Positions 1 to 19,161 are shown, counted from the stretch's first letter. The stretch is 64,000 bases of DNA from Escherichia coli (GCF_044647545.1 NZ_CP172818.1); one strand, 5' to 3'. The notes: generated by a model from the letters alone, not told the origin. Program-made: numbers and translations.

Positions 1-449
<449 letters not shown>

Positions 450-454
450 CTACC

Positions 455-736
<282 letters not shown>

Positions 737-749
737 TTATCCTCTAAAA

Positions 750-3145
<2,396 letters not shown>

Positions 3146-3165
3146 TCAATCGCTCAATGACCTGA

Positions 3166-3648
<483 letters not shown>

Positions 3649-3654
3649 CCGCGC

Positions 3655-3660
3655 ATTATA
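3655..3660 (-). promoter_or_regulatory. Candidate -10 hexamer of the S10 operon promoter
   Basis: Minus strand reads TATAAT followed by a GC-rich discriminator (gcgcggg); no recognisable -35 lies upstream, where the sequence is an anomalous GC-rich tract. Confidence 0.45.
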
Positions 3661-3848
3661 CTGGGGGGGCGGGCCGCGCCGCGCGGGGGCGCTTGTTCGC
3701 CCTCTCTGCACGGCTGGTGTCCGGCAGTTCGGCCCGTCTCTGGTCGGTTTTTCTGGGTGAAAGGTGGCGGCCGCGCGATTTACGCGTGCCCGCCCCCCCC
3801 CCCTTACTCTGGTCAGGTCTTTTGTTCTATCATGGGAGTTTGGGCTAA

Positions 3849-4170
3849 TCGATTCCCCTGATCGGTTTAGCCGATGCGTTATGGGGGGCGATTATTGGTT
3901 ACGGCACATTCGCTGTCATTTACTGGGGGTATCGCATTCTGCGTCATAAAGAAGGATTAGGCTATGGTGATGTGAAGTTTCTCGCCGCCCCCTTGGTGCC
4001 TGGCATACATCCTATCGACTGGTTTTCCTTGCTGCCTTCATTGCTTGCCGAGCCGTAGTTCATTGGTCTGCTCATGAGAGGAAAAGAGTCATTAAAAAAT
4101 CTCCCGCTGCCGTTGTGGGAGCATCTTCTGCGCGAACTGACGGGTTTCGTTGTAGGCTGGGATAGTTATG
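3849..4170 (+). pseudogene. gspO: Decayed 3' remnant of a prepilin peptidase (GspO/PilD family) gene; no start codon, frameshifted
   Basis: Open frame 3849..4058 translates ...LADALWGAIIGYGTFAVIYWGYRILRHKEGLGYGDVKFLAA, containing the conserved GxGDVKxLAA motif; the expected following LGAW is encoded 2 nt out of frame after a C5 run at 3987..3991. Confidence 0.55.
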
Positions 4171-4181
4171 CTGGCAGGCCG

Positions 4182-4658
4182 TTAATCTTTAACTTTTATT
4201 TGTGATTGCAGGTAATTTTGTAGACCGATTTTACCGATGAGATCCAGCTCAGTTTCGAGCCAGTCAATATGACCTTCTTCATCGGCAAGGATCTCGATCA
4301 TCATATCACGGCTAACATAGTCATGAACGCTGTCGGCATACGCGATAGCCTCACGGAGATCCTTAGCGCCTTCCAGTTCTAATCGCAGGTCGGATTGCAG
4401 CATCTCCTCGACATCTTCACCAATCCCCAGTTTGCCTAAATCCTGTAAGTTGGGGATTCCTTCTAAAAACAAAATACGCTCGATATATTTATCAGCGTGT
4501 TTCATCTCATCGATAGATTCATGGTATTCGACGTCATTGAGACGCATCAGGCCCCAGTTTTTAAACATCCGGGCATGGAGAAAATACTGATTGATTGCGA
4601 CAAGCTCATTTCCCAATAGTTTATTGAGATAATTTATGATTTTAACATCACCTTTCAT
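4182..4658 (-). CDS. bfr: Bacterioferritin
   Basis: ORF contains [37 protein letters not shown]...; start set at the internal Met for a 158-aa product. Confidence 0.9.
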   Translation of the reverse strand: MKGDVKIINYLNKLLGNELVAINQYFLHARMFKNWGLMRLNDVEYHESIDEMKHADKYIERILFLEGIPNLQDLGKLGIGEDVEEMLQSDLRLELEGAKDLREAIAYADSVHDYVSRDMMIEILADEEGHIDWLETELDLIGKIGLQNYLQSQIKVKD

Positions 4659-4729
4659 TTTTAGTCCCTCCGCTTCCACTATTAGAGCGTAGATGGGGCT
4701 AGCGGGATGTCAAAAAATAAGCGTGGGCT

Positions 4730-4924
4730 TCAGGCAATCTCTTTAAATTCTGGCATCTGCATCAACTCGTCCTGCATCACTTCGCGCGCGGCGCGAATGC
4801 ACTTACCGCATTGATTTCCCACAGGAATAAACTTACGCAATTGTTGGAAAGATTGCGGATGAAACTGACGTACTGCCTGGCGAATTTTTTTGTCACTTAC
4901 ACCATTACACAAACAAACGTACAT
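4730..4924 (-). CDS. bfd: Bacterioferritin-associated ferredoxin
   Basis: 64 aa ORF MYVCLCNGVSDKKIRQAVRQ... with Cys pattern of a 2Fe-2S BFD-like domain. Confidence 0.9.
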   Translation of the reverse strand: MYVCLCNGVSDKKIRQAVRQFHPQSFQQLRKFIPVGNQCGKCIRAAREVMQDELMQMPEFKEIA

Positions 4925-5034
4925 GATTGCTCCCGTTCAAATTCTGCGCAAAGTGTAAATGAGAATGGTTATGATTACAATAGCACAATTTTATTTGCGC
5001 CATAGTTCAGCGAGGAACGACAAAACGGGCAAAA

Positions 5035-5052
5035 AGGGCGCCGAAGCGCCCT
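5035..5052 (-). terminator. Rho-independent terminator at the end of the str operon (after tufA)
   Basis: GC hairpin agggcgccgaagcgccct; on the minus strand it is followed by a T-run, 30-45 nt downstream of the tufA stop. Confidence 0.7.
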
Positions 5053-5080
5053 TTTCAATTCAAAACTAATTAACGAGTAA

Positions 5081-6322
<1,242 letters not shown>

Positions 6323-6335
6323 TTAACCCTTAGGC

Positions 6336-8462
<2,127 letters not shown>

Positions 8463-8546
8463 TTATCTTTTAGGCGTTCAATTTAAGTAGCCCAAAGCGG
8501 GCTGCTTACTGGAAGCGCCCGCCTGGTGACTAAAACTCCGAAGGGA

Positions 8547-9032
<486 letters not shown>

Positions 9033-9113
9033 TTAATTCAGGATTGTCCAAAACTCTACGAGTTTAGTTTGACATTTAAGTTAAAACGTTTGGCCTTACT
9101 TAACGGAGAACCA

Positions 9114-9591
<478 letters not shown>

Positions 9592-9613
9592 GAAATATAC
9601 AACGATCCCGCCA

Positions 9614-9901
9614 TCACCAGGCCATCTGGCTGGAGTGCTTAACCGTAAGTCTGACGAAATCAGTATAGTCAATGGGAATGATGTCGTTCGAAATTCGACC
9701 AGTCAAACCGCGGGCAATAAGGTCTTCGTTCAGGGCATAGACCTTAATGGGGGCATTACGCAGACTTTCAAGGTAGCAGTTACCGTCAACTCCGGCAGTT
9801 ACGCCATCTTGCAATAATAGCAGTTCGTCGCCTTCACTGAGCAGACGCAGCAGCGCAGCAAAATCCGTCAGCCAGGGTGAACGATGTAATGTATGCAGCA
9901 T
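9614..9901 (-). CDS. tusB: Sulfur-relay protein TusB
   Basis: 95 aa [24 protein letters not shown]...; position directly upstream of rpsL. Confidence 0.85.
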   Translation of the reverse strand: MLHTLHRSPWLTDFAALLRLLSEGDELLLLQDGVTAGVDGNCYLESLRNAPIKVYALNEDLIARGLTGRISNDIIPIDYTDFVRLTVKHSSQMAW

Positions 9902-9908
9902 AAACGCC

Positions 9909-10267
9909 TCAAAACCTCAAAATAACATCGTAGTTGGCGAGTTCGCGGCGTAAGGCATCTGCTTCGAGCGGCGTGGCTTCGACAACAAAGGGTGTCTGCG
10001 GATCTAACCCGCGTTCGCGCAGTGAAGCCGCACAAACCCAGCACTGTTCAATGTCGTACAGACCCAACAATTTAAAAGTGGCAATGTAATCACGCGCCAG
10101 CACTGCATCGGGCTTTTGTCCTGGCAGCAGCTGAAAAACGCCATCAGCTATAAAGAAGACAGCCAGATCGTCAGTTAATGCGGAAGTTGCCAGTAAAGCA
10201 TCTAAACCTTCCCGGCCTGCAGCTGTACCATGAGGCGCAGTAGAAAAAACAAACGCAATTCGTTTCA

Positions 10268-10268
<1 letters not shown>
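9909..10268 (-). CDS. tusC: Sulfur-relay protein TusC
   Basis: 119 aa DsrF-like ORF; synteny tusD-tusC-tusB. Confidence 0.85.
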
Positions 10269-11376
<1,108 letters not shown>

Positions 11377-11502
11377 GAAAAAAAACACTCCTTTTCAGGA
11401 GCCTGTCGTTAACTTTTCAGGGCAGGCTCATTAATGATGCGGGTAACTAAATTAATACAGCGGAGGTTCCGCTTTCCAGCACTAATTATATCCGGCCTGT
11501 AA

Positions 11503-11534
11503 TAAAAAAACCGCCGCCTGGTCAGGCGGCGGTT
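11503..11534 (-). terminator. Rho-independent terminator of fkpA
   Basis: Hairpin accgccgcctggtcaggcggcggtt preceded on the plus strand by an A7 run (a T-run after the hairpin on the minus strand), just past the fkpA stop. Confidence 0.7.
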
Positions 11535-11542
11535 CTTAATGC

Positions 11543-12355
11543 TTATTTTTTAGCAGAATCTGCGGCTTTCGCATCAGCTTCCGGCTTTGCATCAGCCTTC
11601 GGCGCTGGTTTCACATCCAGCAGCTCTACGTCAAACACCAGGGTAGAATTCGGTGGAATCCCCGGAACACCCGCTTTGCCGTAAGCCAGTTCTGGTGGAA
11701 TAACCAGTTTGATCTTACCGCCTTTCTTGATGTTCTTCAGACCTTCTGTCCAACCCGGGATAACACCGTCCAGACGGAAAGAGAGCGGTTCACCACGGGT
11801 GTAAGAGTTGTCGAACTCTTTACCGTCGATCAGCGTACCTTTGTAGTTCACGACAACAGTATCGCTGTCTTTCGGTGCTTCGCCTTTACCGGCTTCTACT
11901 ACCTGATAAACCAGACCAGTTGAAGAGGTTTTCACACCTTTCTCTTTGGCAAATTTCTCGCGGTACTCTTTACCTTTCGCTTCGTTATCTGCCGCGTCTT
12001 TTTCCATCTTCGCCTGAGCAGAAGACTTCACGCGAGCTTCGAATGCTTGCAGTGTCTGTTCGATCTCTTGGTCGGAGAGTTTGCTCTTATCAGCAAATGC
12101 ATCCTGAACACCAGCGATCAGCTGATCTTTATCCAGTTTGATGCCCAGTTTTTCTTGTTCTTTAAGAGAGTTTTCCATGTAACGACCCAGCGAAGCACCC
12201 AATGCATAAGCTGATTTCTGATCGTCATTTTTGAACGCTGCTTTGCTGTCAGCAGTTGTAGCAGGTTTTGCAGCTTCAGCAGCAAAAGTGATTGGTGCAT
12301 GCAGGGCAACGGCCATTGTGGTCGCCAGCAGCGTTACTTTAAACAGTGATTTCAT
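11543..12355 (-). CDS. fkpA: Periplasmic FKBP-type peptidyl-prolyl isomerase FkpA
   Basis: 270 aa ORF with signal peptide MKSLFKVTLLATTMAVALHAPITFA and C-terminal FKBP domain. Confidence 0.9.
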   Translation of the reverse strand: MKSLFKVTLLATTMAVALHAPITFAAEAAKPATTADSKAAFKNDDQKSAYALGASLGRYMENSLKEQEKLGIKLDKDQLIAGVQDAFADKSKLSDQEIEQTLQAFEARVKSSAQAKMEKDAADNEAKGKEYREKFAKEKGVKTSSTGLVYQVVEAGKGEAPKDSDTVVVNYKGTLIDGKEFDNSYTRGEPLSFRLDGVIPGWTEGLKNIKKGGKIKLVIPPELAYGKAGVPGIPPNSTLVFDVELLDVKPAPKADAKPEADAKAADSAKK

Positions 12356-12575
12356 CCATATCTCCAGGATCGGGGCATCTCACCCCAGGGTTAACTATTA
12401 TCAGAAGGGTACTATAAAGCGTTGTCGAACAAATCTACATACAGACACGCCCTATTATCATCTATTTTCAGACTCTTTTTGTTTAAATTAGTTTCGATGA
12501 CCGCGAAATGAGTGCTGTCTCGGGCAGCAAAGTTAAGTAGAATCCGCGGCGACCATTCGACAAAAGAGGTGAATC

Positions 12576-12794
12576 ATGCAGGATTTATCATTGGAAGCAC
12601 GCCTGGCAGAGCTGGAGAGCCGATTGGCTTTTCAGGAAATCACCATTGAAGAACTGAACGTCACGGTGACCGCTCATGAAATGGAGATGGCGAAACTGCG
12701 CGATCATCTGCGTCTGCTGACCGAGAAGCTAAAAGCCAGCCAGCCGTCGAACATCGCGTCGCAGGCTGAAGAAACGCCACCGCCACATTATTGA
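12576..12794 (+). CDS. slyX: Protein SlyX
   Basis: 72 aa [31 protein letters not shown]... Confidence 0.85.
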
Positions 12795-12820
12795 GGCGTA
12801 AAAAAAGCGGGGATTCCCCC
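12790..12820. terminator. Bidirectional rho-independent terminator between convergent slyX and slyD
   Basis: aaaaaaagcggggattcccccgcttttttg: perfect hairpin flanked by an A-run and a T-run. Confidence 0.75.
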
Positions 12821-12843
12821 GCTTTTTTGTCACTTTTTCGGTA

Positions 12844-13434
12844 TTAGTGGCAACCGCAACCGCCGTTACCTTTACCGCCGCAGCAGCCTTCGCCACCGTG
12901 TTCATGACCGTGATCGTGGCCATGACCACCGCAGCAACCGTCGTGGTCGTGATCGTGGTGATGATCGTGTGCACCGTGAACGTGGCCATGAGCCAGTTCT
13001 TCTTCAGTCGCTTCGCGAATCGCCACAACTTCAACGTTGAATTTCAGGTTCTGACCGGCCAGCATGTGGTTACCATCAACCACGACGTGATCGTCTTCAA
13101 CCGCAGTGATTTCAACCGGTACCGGACCCTGGTCGGTTTCAGCCAGGAAACGCATACCTACCTGCAGTTCATCAACGCCCATAAATACGTCTTTAGGAAC
13201 GCGTTGCACCAGGTTTTCGTCGTACTGACCGTAAGCGTCGTTCGCGCCAACAGCGACATCAAATTTGTCGCCAACTTCGTGACCTTCCAGCGCCGTTTCC
13301 AGGCCAGAGATCAGGGAACCGTGACCATGCAGGTAGTCCAGCGGCGCACTCACCGGAGACTCATCAACCAACACACCGTCTTCTGTACGTACCTGATAGG
13401 CCAGGCTGACCACCAGGTCTTTTGCTACTTTCAT
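12844..13434 (-). CDS. slyD: FKBP-type peptidyl-prolyl isomerase SlyD with His/Cys-rich metal-binding tail
   Basis: 196 aa ORF MKVAKDLVVSLAYQVRTEDGVLVDESP... ending ...HDHHHDHDHDGCCGGHGHDHGHEHGGEGCCGG... Confidence 0.9.
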   Translation of the reverse strand: MKVAKDLVVSLAYQVRTEDGVLVDESPVSAPLDYLHGHGSLISGLETALEGHEVGDKFDVAVGANDAYGQYDENLVQRVPKDVFMGVDELQVGMRFLAETDQGPVPVEITAVEDDHVVVDGNHMLAGQNLKFNVEVVAIREATEEELAHGHVHGAHDHHHDHDHDGCCGGHGHDHGHEHGGEGCCGGKGNGGCGCH

Positions 13435-13528
13435 GATATCTCCTGAGCATGGGAAGAATAGTGGCGCAGATTGTAGCGGAATTCTGCAGCCGTGTACTCA
13501 CTAGCTTAAAAAAACTCGGCGCATATCG

Positions 13529-13729
13529 CTAGTCCGGATGAAAAATCCCGATCACTTGCTCATCTTTGCGAACGTGATCGCGGGCTTCTTTGTCTGCTTC
13601 TCGCATCTGATGTCCGCACTTAACACATTCAACAATATCAATATTATTTTCGCGCCACATCGCCATTGAATCCTGCGCCTGACAGGCCGGGCATTTTGCC
13701 CCCGCAATAAAACGTTTTCGGATTGCCAT
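13529..13729 (-). CDS. yheV: Small zinc-ribbon-like protein YheV
   Basis: 66 aa ORF with CPAC...CVKCGH motifs; synteny. Confidence 0.8.
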   Translation of the reverse strand: MAIRKRFIAGAKCPACQAQDSMAMWRENNIDIVECVKCGHQMREADKEARDHVRKDEQVIGIFHPD

Positions 13730-13738
13730 CTTTACCCT

Positions 13739-15544
13739 CTACTCAAATTCATCCCAGCCGTCCAGCTGGCGTCGTTCTTGTTGCATTTCACGCTGGAAAA
13801 TCTCTTCCAGTTCGCGTCGGGCTTCCCTGGCGCGAGAAATTTGTACGGTATCGGCATGCATTGGGATGAGCTCTCGCAACATCCGCATATCCAGGCGACG
13901 AAAATGCAGCTGCGCCCGCTGTGCCTGATGCGGATGCATGCCAAGCGTGACCAGCGTCTTGCGTCCCAGCTCTAACGCACTGGAGAATGTCTCACGAGAA
14001 AACTGCGTCACCCCTGCCTGTAATAACTCATGCGCCTCCACACGTCCGCGCGCTCGCGCAAGAATATGTAAATGCGGAAAGTGCTGCTGGCATATTTCCA
14101 CCAGTTTCATGGTGTCTTCCGGCTCGTTACAGGTAATGACGATAGACTCAGCGGCCTCTGCACCCGCAGAACGTAAAAGATCTACCTGCGTGGCGTCGCC
14201 GTAATAAACTTTGTAGCCATATTTACGCATCAGGTTAACGGCGCTGATATCCCGCTCCAGCACGGTAATGCGCATTTTATTTGCCATCAGCAAACGACCA
14301 ATCACCTGACCAAAACGCCCAAAGCCCACGACAATGACCTGCGGTTTATCATCGTTGACCCATGGTTTTTCGTCTTCTTCTTCCGGTCCGTTAAACTGGC
14401 GGGATAGCCATTTATCTACCAGCTTCATCAGCAGCGGCGTGGTCATCATGGAAAGCGTCACCGTCACCAGCAACAGCGCCATCTGGTCGCCCTGAAATAA
14501 GCGTTGTGAAGAAGCGGTAGAAAAGAGCACAAAGGCAAACTCACCGCCCTGACTCAACACGCCAGCAAACTGCATCCGCTCTGAGCTACGCACGCCATAC
14601 AATCGCGCCAGCAGATACAGCACGAGAATTTTCACCGCCACCAGCACAACCACACTTATCACTACCCACAACAGATGGGTATAAAGCACCCCGAGGTTGA
14701 GTGACATGCCGACAGAGATAAAGAACAAACCGAGCAGCAAGCCTTTGAAGGGATCGATAGCCGTTTCCAGTTCATGGCGATATTCACTTTCCGCCAGTAG
14801 CACACCCGCAATAAACGTACCGAGCGCCATCGACAACCCCAGCGCATCCATAAACAATGCGGAACCCAACACCAGCAGCAGCGTCGCGGCGGTGAACACT
14901 TCCCGCACACCAGAAGCTGCAATAAAACGGAATACCGGACGCAGTAAATAGCGCCCGCCAATCAGCATGCCGACAAACGCCAGCACCTTCATGCCGATCT
15001 TCATCCAGTCGAAATGTTCGTCTGCCGAACCCGCCAACAACGGCACTAACGCCAGTGCCGGGATCACCGCCAGATCCTGAAACAGCAGAACCGAAAAACC
15101 TAGCTGCCCGGATTCGCTGCGATTCATCCCTTTCTCACGCATCAGTTGCAACGCCATTGCGGTTGAGGACATCGCAAGGCCAATACCACCGACCACCGCC
15201 GCCTGCCATGAGAAATGGGTCAGCATCAATAATCCCGCCAGCAACGCCGCGCTTAACAGCACCTGTGCCGCACCTACGCCAAAAATCGAACGCCGCAATT
15301 GCCAAAGCTTGGAGGGATTCAACTCCAGGCCGATGATAAACATCAGGAACACCACGCCGAGTTCCGAAAAGTGGAGGATCTCATCGACGTCGCTAATAAA
15401 ACCCAGCCCCCACGGGCCAATAGCAATCCCTGCCAGCAAATATCCCAACACAGCGCCAATCCCCAGCCGCGATGCCAGCGGCACCGCAGCCACCGCCGCG
15501 AAGAGAAACAGCACTCCTGCGAGTAAAAAATCGGAACCTTCCAT
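13739..15544 (-). CDS. kefB: Glutathione-regulated potassium-efflux system protein KefB
   Basis: 601 aa ORF with N-terminal multi-TM Na/H-exchanger-like domain and C-terminal KTN/Rossmann domain ([11 protein letters not shown]). Confidence 0.9.
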   Translation of the reverse strand: MEGSDFLLAGVLFLFAAVAAVPLASRLGIGAVLGYLLAGIAIGPWGLGFISDVDEILHFSELGVVFLMFIIGLELNPSKLWQLRRSIFGVGAAQVLLSAALLAGLLMLTHFSWQAAVVGGIGLAMSSTAMALQLMREKGMNRSESGQLGFSVLLFQDLAVIPALALVPLLAGSADEHFDWMKIGMKVLAFVGMLIGGRYLLRPVFRFIAASGVREVFTAATLLLVLGSALFMDALGLSMALGTFIAGVLLAESEYRHELETAIDPFKGLLLGLFFISVGMSLNLGVLYTHLLWVVISVVVLVAVKILVLYLLARLYGVRSSERMQFAGVLSQGGEFAFVLFSTASSQRLFQGDQMALLLVTVTLSMMTTPLLMKLVDKWLSRQFNGPEEEDEKPWVNDDKPQVIVVGFGRFGQVIGRLLMANKMRITVLERDISAVNLMRKYGYKVYYGDATQVDLLRSAGAEAAESIVITCNEPEDTMKLVEICQQHFPHLHILARARGRVEAHELLQAGVTQFSRETFSSALELGRKTLVTLGMHPHQAQRAQLHFRRLDMRMLRELIPMHADTVQISRAREARRELEEIFQREMQQERRQLDGWDEFE

Positions 15545-16098
15545 CAGCGGCCTCCTGGAGACAGCGGATTTGCCAGCCAGTCACCGTAGGCTCTGGCGTG
15601 GCTCGCCAGCTCCTGTGCGCTTTGCCGTCTCGCCCAGTAAATAATGATGGGACTTAACCAATGCATCCGGCACATGCCCGCCGCCAGTTCAAAGGGGCGC
15701 AGCACATCGCTCATCGGGTAGCGATTCAAGGCGTCATAACGGTAAGCACTTTCCGGCTCGCCGGTGGTAATCACGCTACGCCAGTACTTTCCCGCCAGTT
15801 GGTTTCCTCCCGGCCCGCTGGCAAAACCACGGCTTAATACCCGGTCCAGCCACTCTTTCAGTAGCGCCGGGCAGCTATAGGTATAAAGAGGATGCTGAAA
15901 GACAATCACCTCGTGCTCGCGCAGTAATGCCTGCTCTCGGGGGATATCAATAAAAAAATCGGGATAGTGCGCGTAAAGGTCGTGCACGGTAACATTGCTG
16001 AGCTGCGTAGCCGGTTTAAGCAGTACCCGGTTTGCCACCGAGTCCTGAGATTCCGGATGGGCATACAGCAGCAAAACTTTCGCTGGCTGAGACATCAT
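15544..16098 (-). CDS. kefG: KefB ancillary protein KefG (flavodoxin-like oxidoreductase fold)
   Basis: 184 aa [30 protein letters not shown]...; 1-nt overlap with kefB. Confidence 0.9.
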
Positions 16099-16225
16099 CC
16101 CCCTCCCGGTATGGTTTTTGTGTATAGTCGCTGTTTTGGGCTACCATTGCGCCCGGTGCGGCAGCTCGCCCATACATTACATTATCATAATGATAAGTTA
16201 ACATAGTCTGAACATACGGCGCCTT

Positions 16226-18139
16226 ATGATTGTTTTCTCCTCGTTACAAATTCGTCGCGGCGTGCGCGTCCTGCTGGATAATGCCACCGCCACCATCAAC
16301 CCCGGGCAGAAAGTCGGCCTGGTGGGTAAAAACGGCTGTGGTAAATCTACCCTGCTGGCATTGCTGAAAAATGAAATCAGCGCCGACGGCGGCAGCTACA
16401 CCTTTCCGGGAAGCTGGCAACTGGCGTGGGTGAATCAGGAAACACCAGCGCTACCGCAAGCGGCGCTGGAATATGTCATTGACGGCGACCGTGAATATCG
16501 TCAACTGGAAGCGCAGCTACACGACGCCAACGAACGTAACGACGGGCACGCCATCGCCACTATTCATGGCAAGCTGGATGCTATTGACGCATGGAGTATT
16601 CGCTCCCGTGCCGCCAGCCTGCTGCACGGCCTCGGTTTCAGCAATGAACAACTGGAGCGCCCGGTAAGTGATTTCTCCGGTGGCTGGCGTATGCGTCTTA
16701 ACCTTGCCCAGGCGCTGATTTGCCGTTCAGACTTGCTGCTGCTCGACGAACCGACTAACCACCTCGATCTCGATGCCGTTATCTGGCTGGAAAAATGGCT
16801 GAAGAGCTATCAGGGCACGCTGATCCTGATCTCTCACGACCGCGACTTCCTCGATCCGATCGTTGATAAAATTATTCATATCGAACAACAAAGCATGTTC
16901 GAGTACACCGGCAACTACAGTTCGTTTGAAGTACAGCGCGCCACCCGTTTGGCGCAGCAACAAGCGATGTATGAAAGCCAGCAGGAACGCGTGGCGCATC
17001 TGCAAAGTTATATCGACCGTTTCCGTGCCAAAGCCACCAAAGCGAAGCAGGCCCAGAGCCGTATTAAGATGCTGGAGCGTATGGAGCTGATTGCCCCGGC
17101 GCACGTCGACAACCCGTTCCGCTTTAGCTTCCGCGCGCCGGAAAGCCTGCCTAATCCGTTATTAAAGATGGAAAAAGTCAGCGCAGGCTATGGTGATCGC
17201 ATTATTCTCGACTCGATTAAACTGAATCTGGTCCCCGGCTCGCGCATTGGTCTGCTAGGCCGCAACGGCGCGGGTAAATCGACATTAATCAAACTGTTAG
17301 CCGGTGAACTTGCGCCAGTCAGCGGTGAAATTGGTCTGGCGAAAGGGATCAAGCTCGGCTACTTCGCCCAGCATCAACTTGAATACCTGCGCGCCGACGA
17401 ATCGCCTATTCAACATCTGGCACGTTTAGCGCCGCAGGAGCTGGAACAAAAACTGCGTGATTACCTCGGCGGCTTTGGTTTCCAGGGCGATAAAGTAACC
17501 GAAGAAACGCGCCGCTTTTCCGGTGGGGAAAAAGCCCGCCTGGTGCTGGCATTAATCGTCTGGCAGCGTCCGAATCTGCTGCTGCTCGACGAACCGACTA
17601 ACCACCTTGACCTCGACATGCGTCAGGCACTCACTGAAGCATTAATCGAGTTCGAAGGCGCGCTGGTTGTCGTTTCGCACGACCGTCATTTGCTGCGTTC
17701 CACCACTGACGATCTCTACCTGGTTCACGATCGTAAAGTCGAACCGTTCGACGGCGATCTGGAAGATTATCAACAGTGGTTGAGCGACGTACAAAAGCAG
17801 GAAAACCAGGCCGACGAAGCGCCAAAAGAGAACGCGAACAGCGCCCAGGCACGTAAAGATCAGAAACGTCGGGAAGCGGAGCTGCGTGCGCAAACCCAGC
17901 CACTGCGTAAAGAGATTGCCCGTCTGGAAAAAGAGATGGAGAAGCTGAACGCGCAACTGGCGCAGGCGGAAGAGAAACTCGGCGACAGCGAACTGTACGA
18001 TCAAAGCCGTAAAGCGGAGTTGACCGCCTGCCTGCAACAGCAAGCCAGCGCCAAATCCGGCCTGGAAGAGTGCGAAATGGCGTGGCTGGAAGCCCAGGAG
18101 CAGCTTGAGCAGATGCTGCTGGAAGGCCAAAGCAACTGA
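16226..18139 (+). CDS. yheS: ABC-F family ATPase YheS (two ABC domains, no transmembrane domain)
   Basis: 637 aa ORF with two Walker A motifs (GKNGCGKST, GRNGAGKST) and two LSGGE-type signatures. Confidence 0.9.
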   Translation: MIVFSSLQIRRGVRVLLDNATATINPGQKVGLVGKNGCGKSTLLALLKNEISADGGSYTFPGSWQLAWVNQETPALPQAALEYVIDGDREYRQLEAQLHDANERNDGHAIATIHGKLDAIDAWSIRSRAASLLHGLGFSNEQLERPVSDFSGGWRMRLNLAQALICRSDLLLLDEPTNHLDLDAVIWLEKWLKSYQGTLILISHDRDFLDPIVDKIIHIEQQSMFEYTGNYSSFEVQRATRLAQQQAMYESQQERVAHLQSYIDRFRAKATKAKQAQSRIKMLERMELIAPAHVDNPFRFSFRAPESLPNPLLKMEKVSAGYGDRIILDSIKLNLVPGSRIGLLGRNGAGKSTLIKLLAGELAPVSGEIGLAKGIKLGYFAQHQLEYLRADESPIQHLARLAPQELEQKLRDYLGGFGFQGDKVTEETRRFSGGEKARLVLALIVWQRPNLLLLDEPTNHLDLDMRQALTEALIEFEGALVVVSHDRHLLRSTTDDLYLVHDRKVEPFDGDLEDYQQWLSDVQKQENQADEAPKENANSAQARKDQKRREAELRAQTQPLRKEIARLEKEMEKLNAQLAQAEEKLGDSELYDQSRKAELTACLQQQASAKSGLEECEMAWLEAQEQLEQMLLEGQSN

Positions 18140-19161
18140 TGGCGCAGATAACAACGACCGATGCCAATGAATTTAGCAGCAGTGCTGAATTCTCCCCTAT
18201 GCGCGGCTTTAGCAATTGTCATCTACAAACCATGCTGCCGCGTCTGTTCCGTCGCAAGGTGAAATTCACCCCGTACTGGCAGCGGCTGGAGTTGCCCGAC
18301 GGCGATTTTGTCGATCTCGCGTGGAGTGAAGATCCTGCACAGGCGCGGCATAAACCGCGTTTAGTCGTGTTTCACGGGCTCGAAGGCAGTCTCAATAGCC
18401 CTTACGCCCACGGTCTGGTTGAGGCGGCGCAAAAGCGTGGCTGGCTGGGCGTGGTGATGCATTTTCGCGGATGCAGCGGTGAACCAAACCGTATGAACCG
18501 CATTTACCATTCGGGCGAAACCGAAGACGCTAGCTGGTTTTTACGCTGGCTGCAACGCGAATTTGGTCATGCGCCAACGGCTGCCGTCGGCTATTCGCTC
18601 GGCGGTAATATGCTGGCCTGTTTGCTGGCAAAAGAAGGTACTGATCTCCCGATTGATGCGGCGGTGATTGTCTCTGCGCCGTTTATGCTGGAGGCCTGTA
18701 GTTACCATATGGAAAAGGGCTTTTCCCGCATTTATCAGCGTTACTTGCTGAACCTGTTAAAAGCCAATGCCGCGCGCAAGCTGGCAGCCTACCCCGGAAC
18801 ACTGCCGATTAATCTCGCGCAGTTAAAATCGGTACGTCGCATCCGTGAATTTGACGATCTCATCACCGCCAGAATTCACGGCTACGCTGACGCTATCGAC
18901 TATTATCGTCAGTGTAGCGCCATGCCGATGCTGAACCAGATCGCCAAACCGACGCTGATTATTCACGCCAAAGACGATCCGTTTATGGATCATCAGGTGA
19001 TCCCGAAACCGGAAAGTCTCCCCCCGCAGGTGGAGTATCAACTGACTGAACATGGCGGTCATGTTGGCTTTATTGGCGGTACGTTACTTCATCCGCAAAT
19101 GTGGCTGGAGTCACGCATTCCTGACTGGTTAACAACGTATCTGGAGGCGAAATCATGTTGA
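18139..19161 (+). CDS. yheT: Alpha/beta-hydrolase family protein YheT
   Basis: 340 aa ORF containing the GYSLGG nucleophile-elbow motif. Confidence 0.85.

Noticed and set aside
12729-13446. Antisense ORFs over slyD with Thr/Ala/Val-rich low-complexity translations
   Set aside because: They are the reverse-frame reading of the His/Asp/Gly/Cys-rich slyD tail codons; slyD itself is clearly the real gene
15299-15657. Several 60-110 aa ORFs in alternative frames within kefB and kefG
   Set aside because: Fully embedded in or antisense to kefB/kefG in a GC-rich region; Pro/Ala/Arg-rich translations typical of out-of-frame readings; no independent start signals
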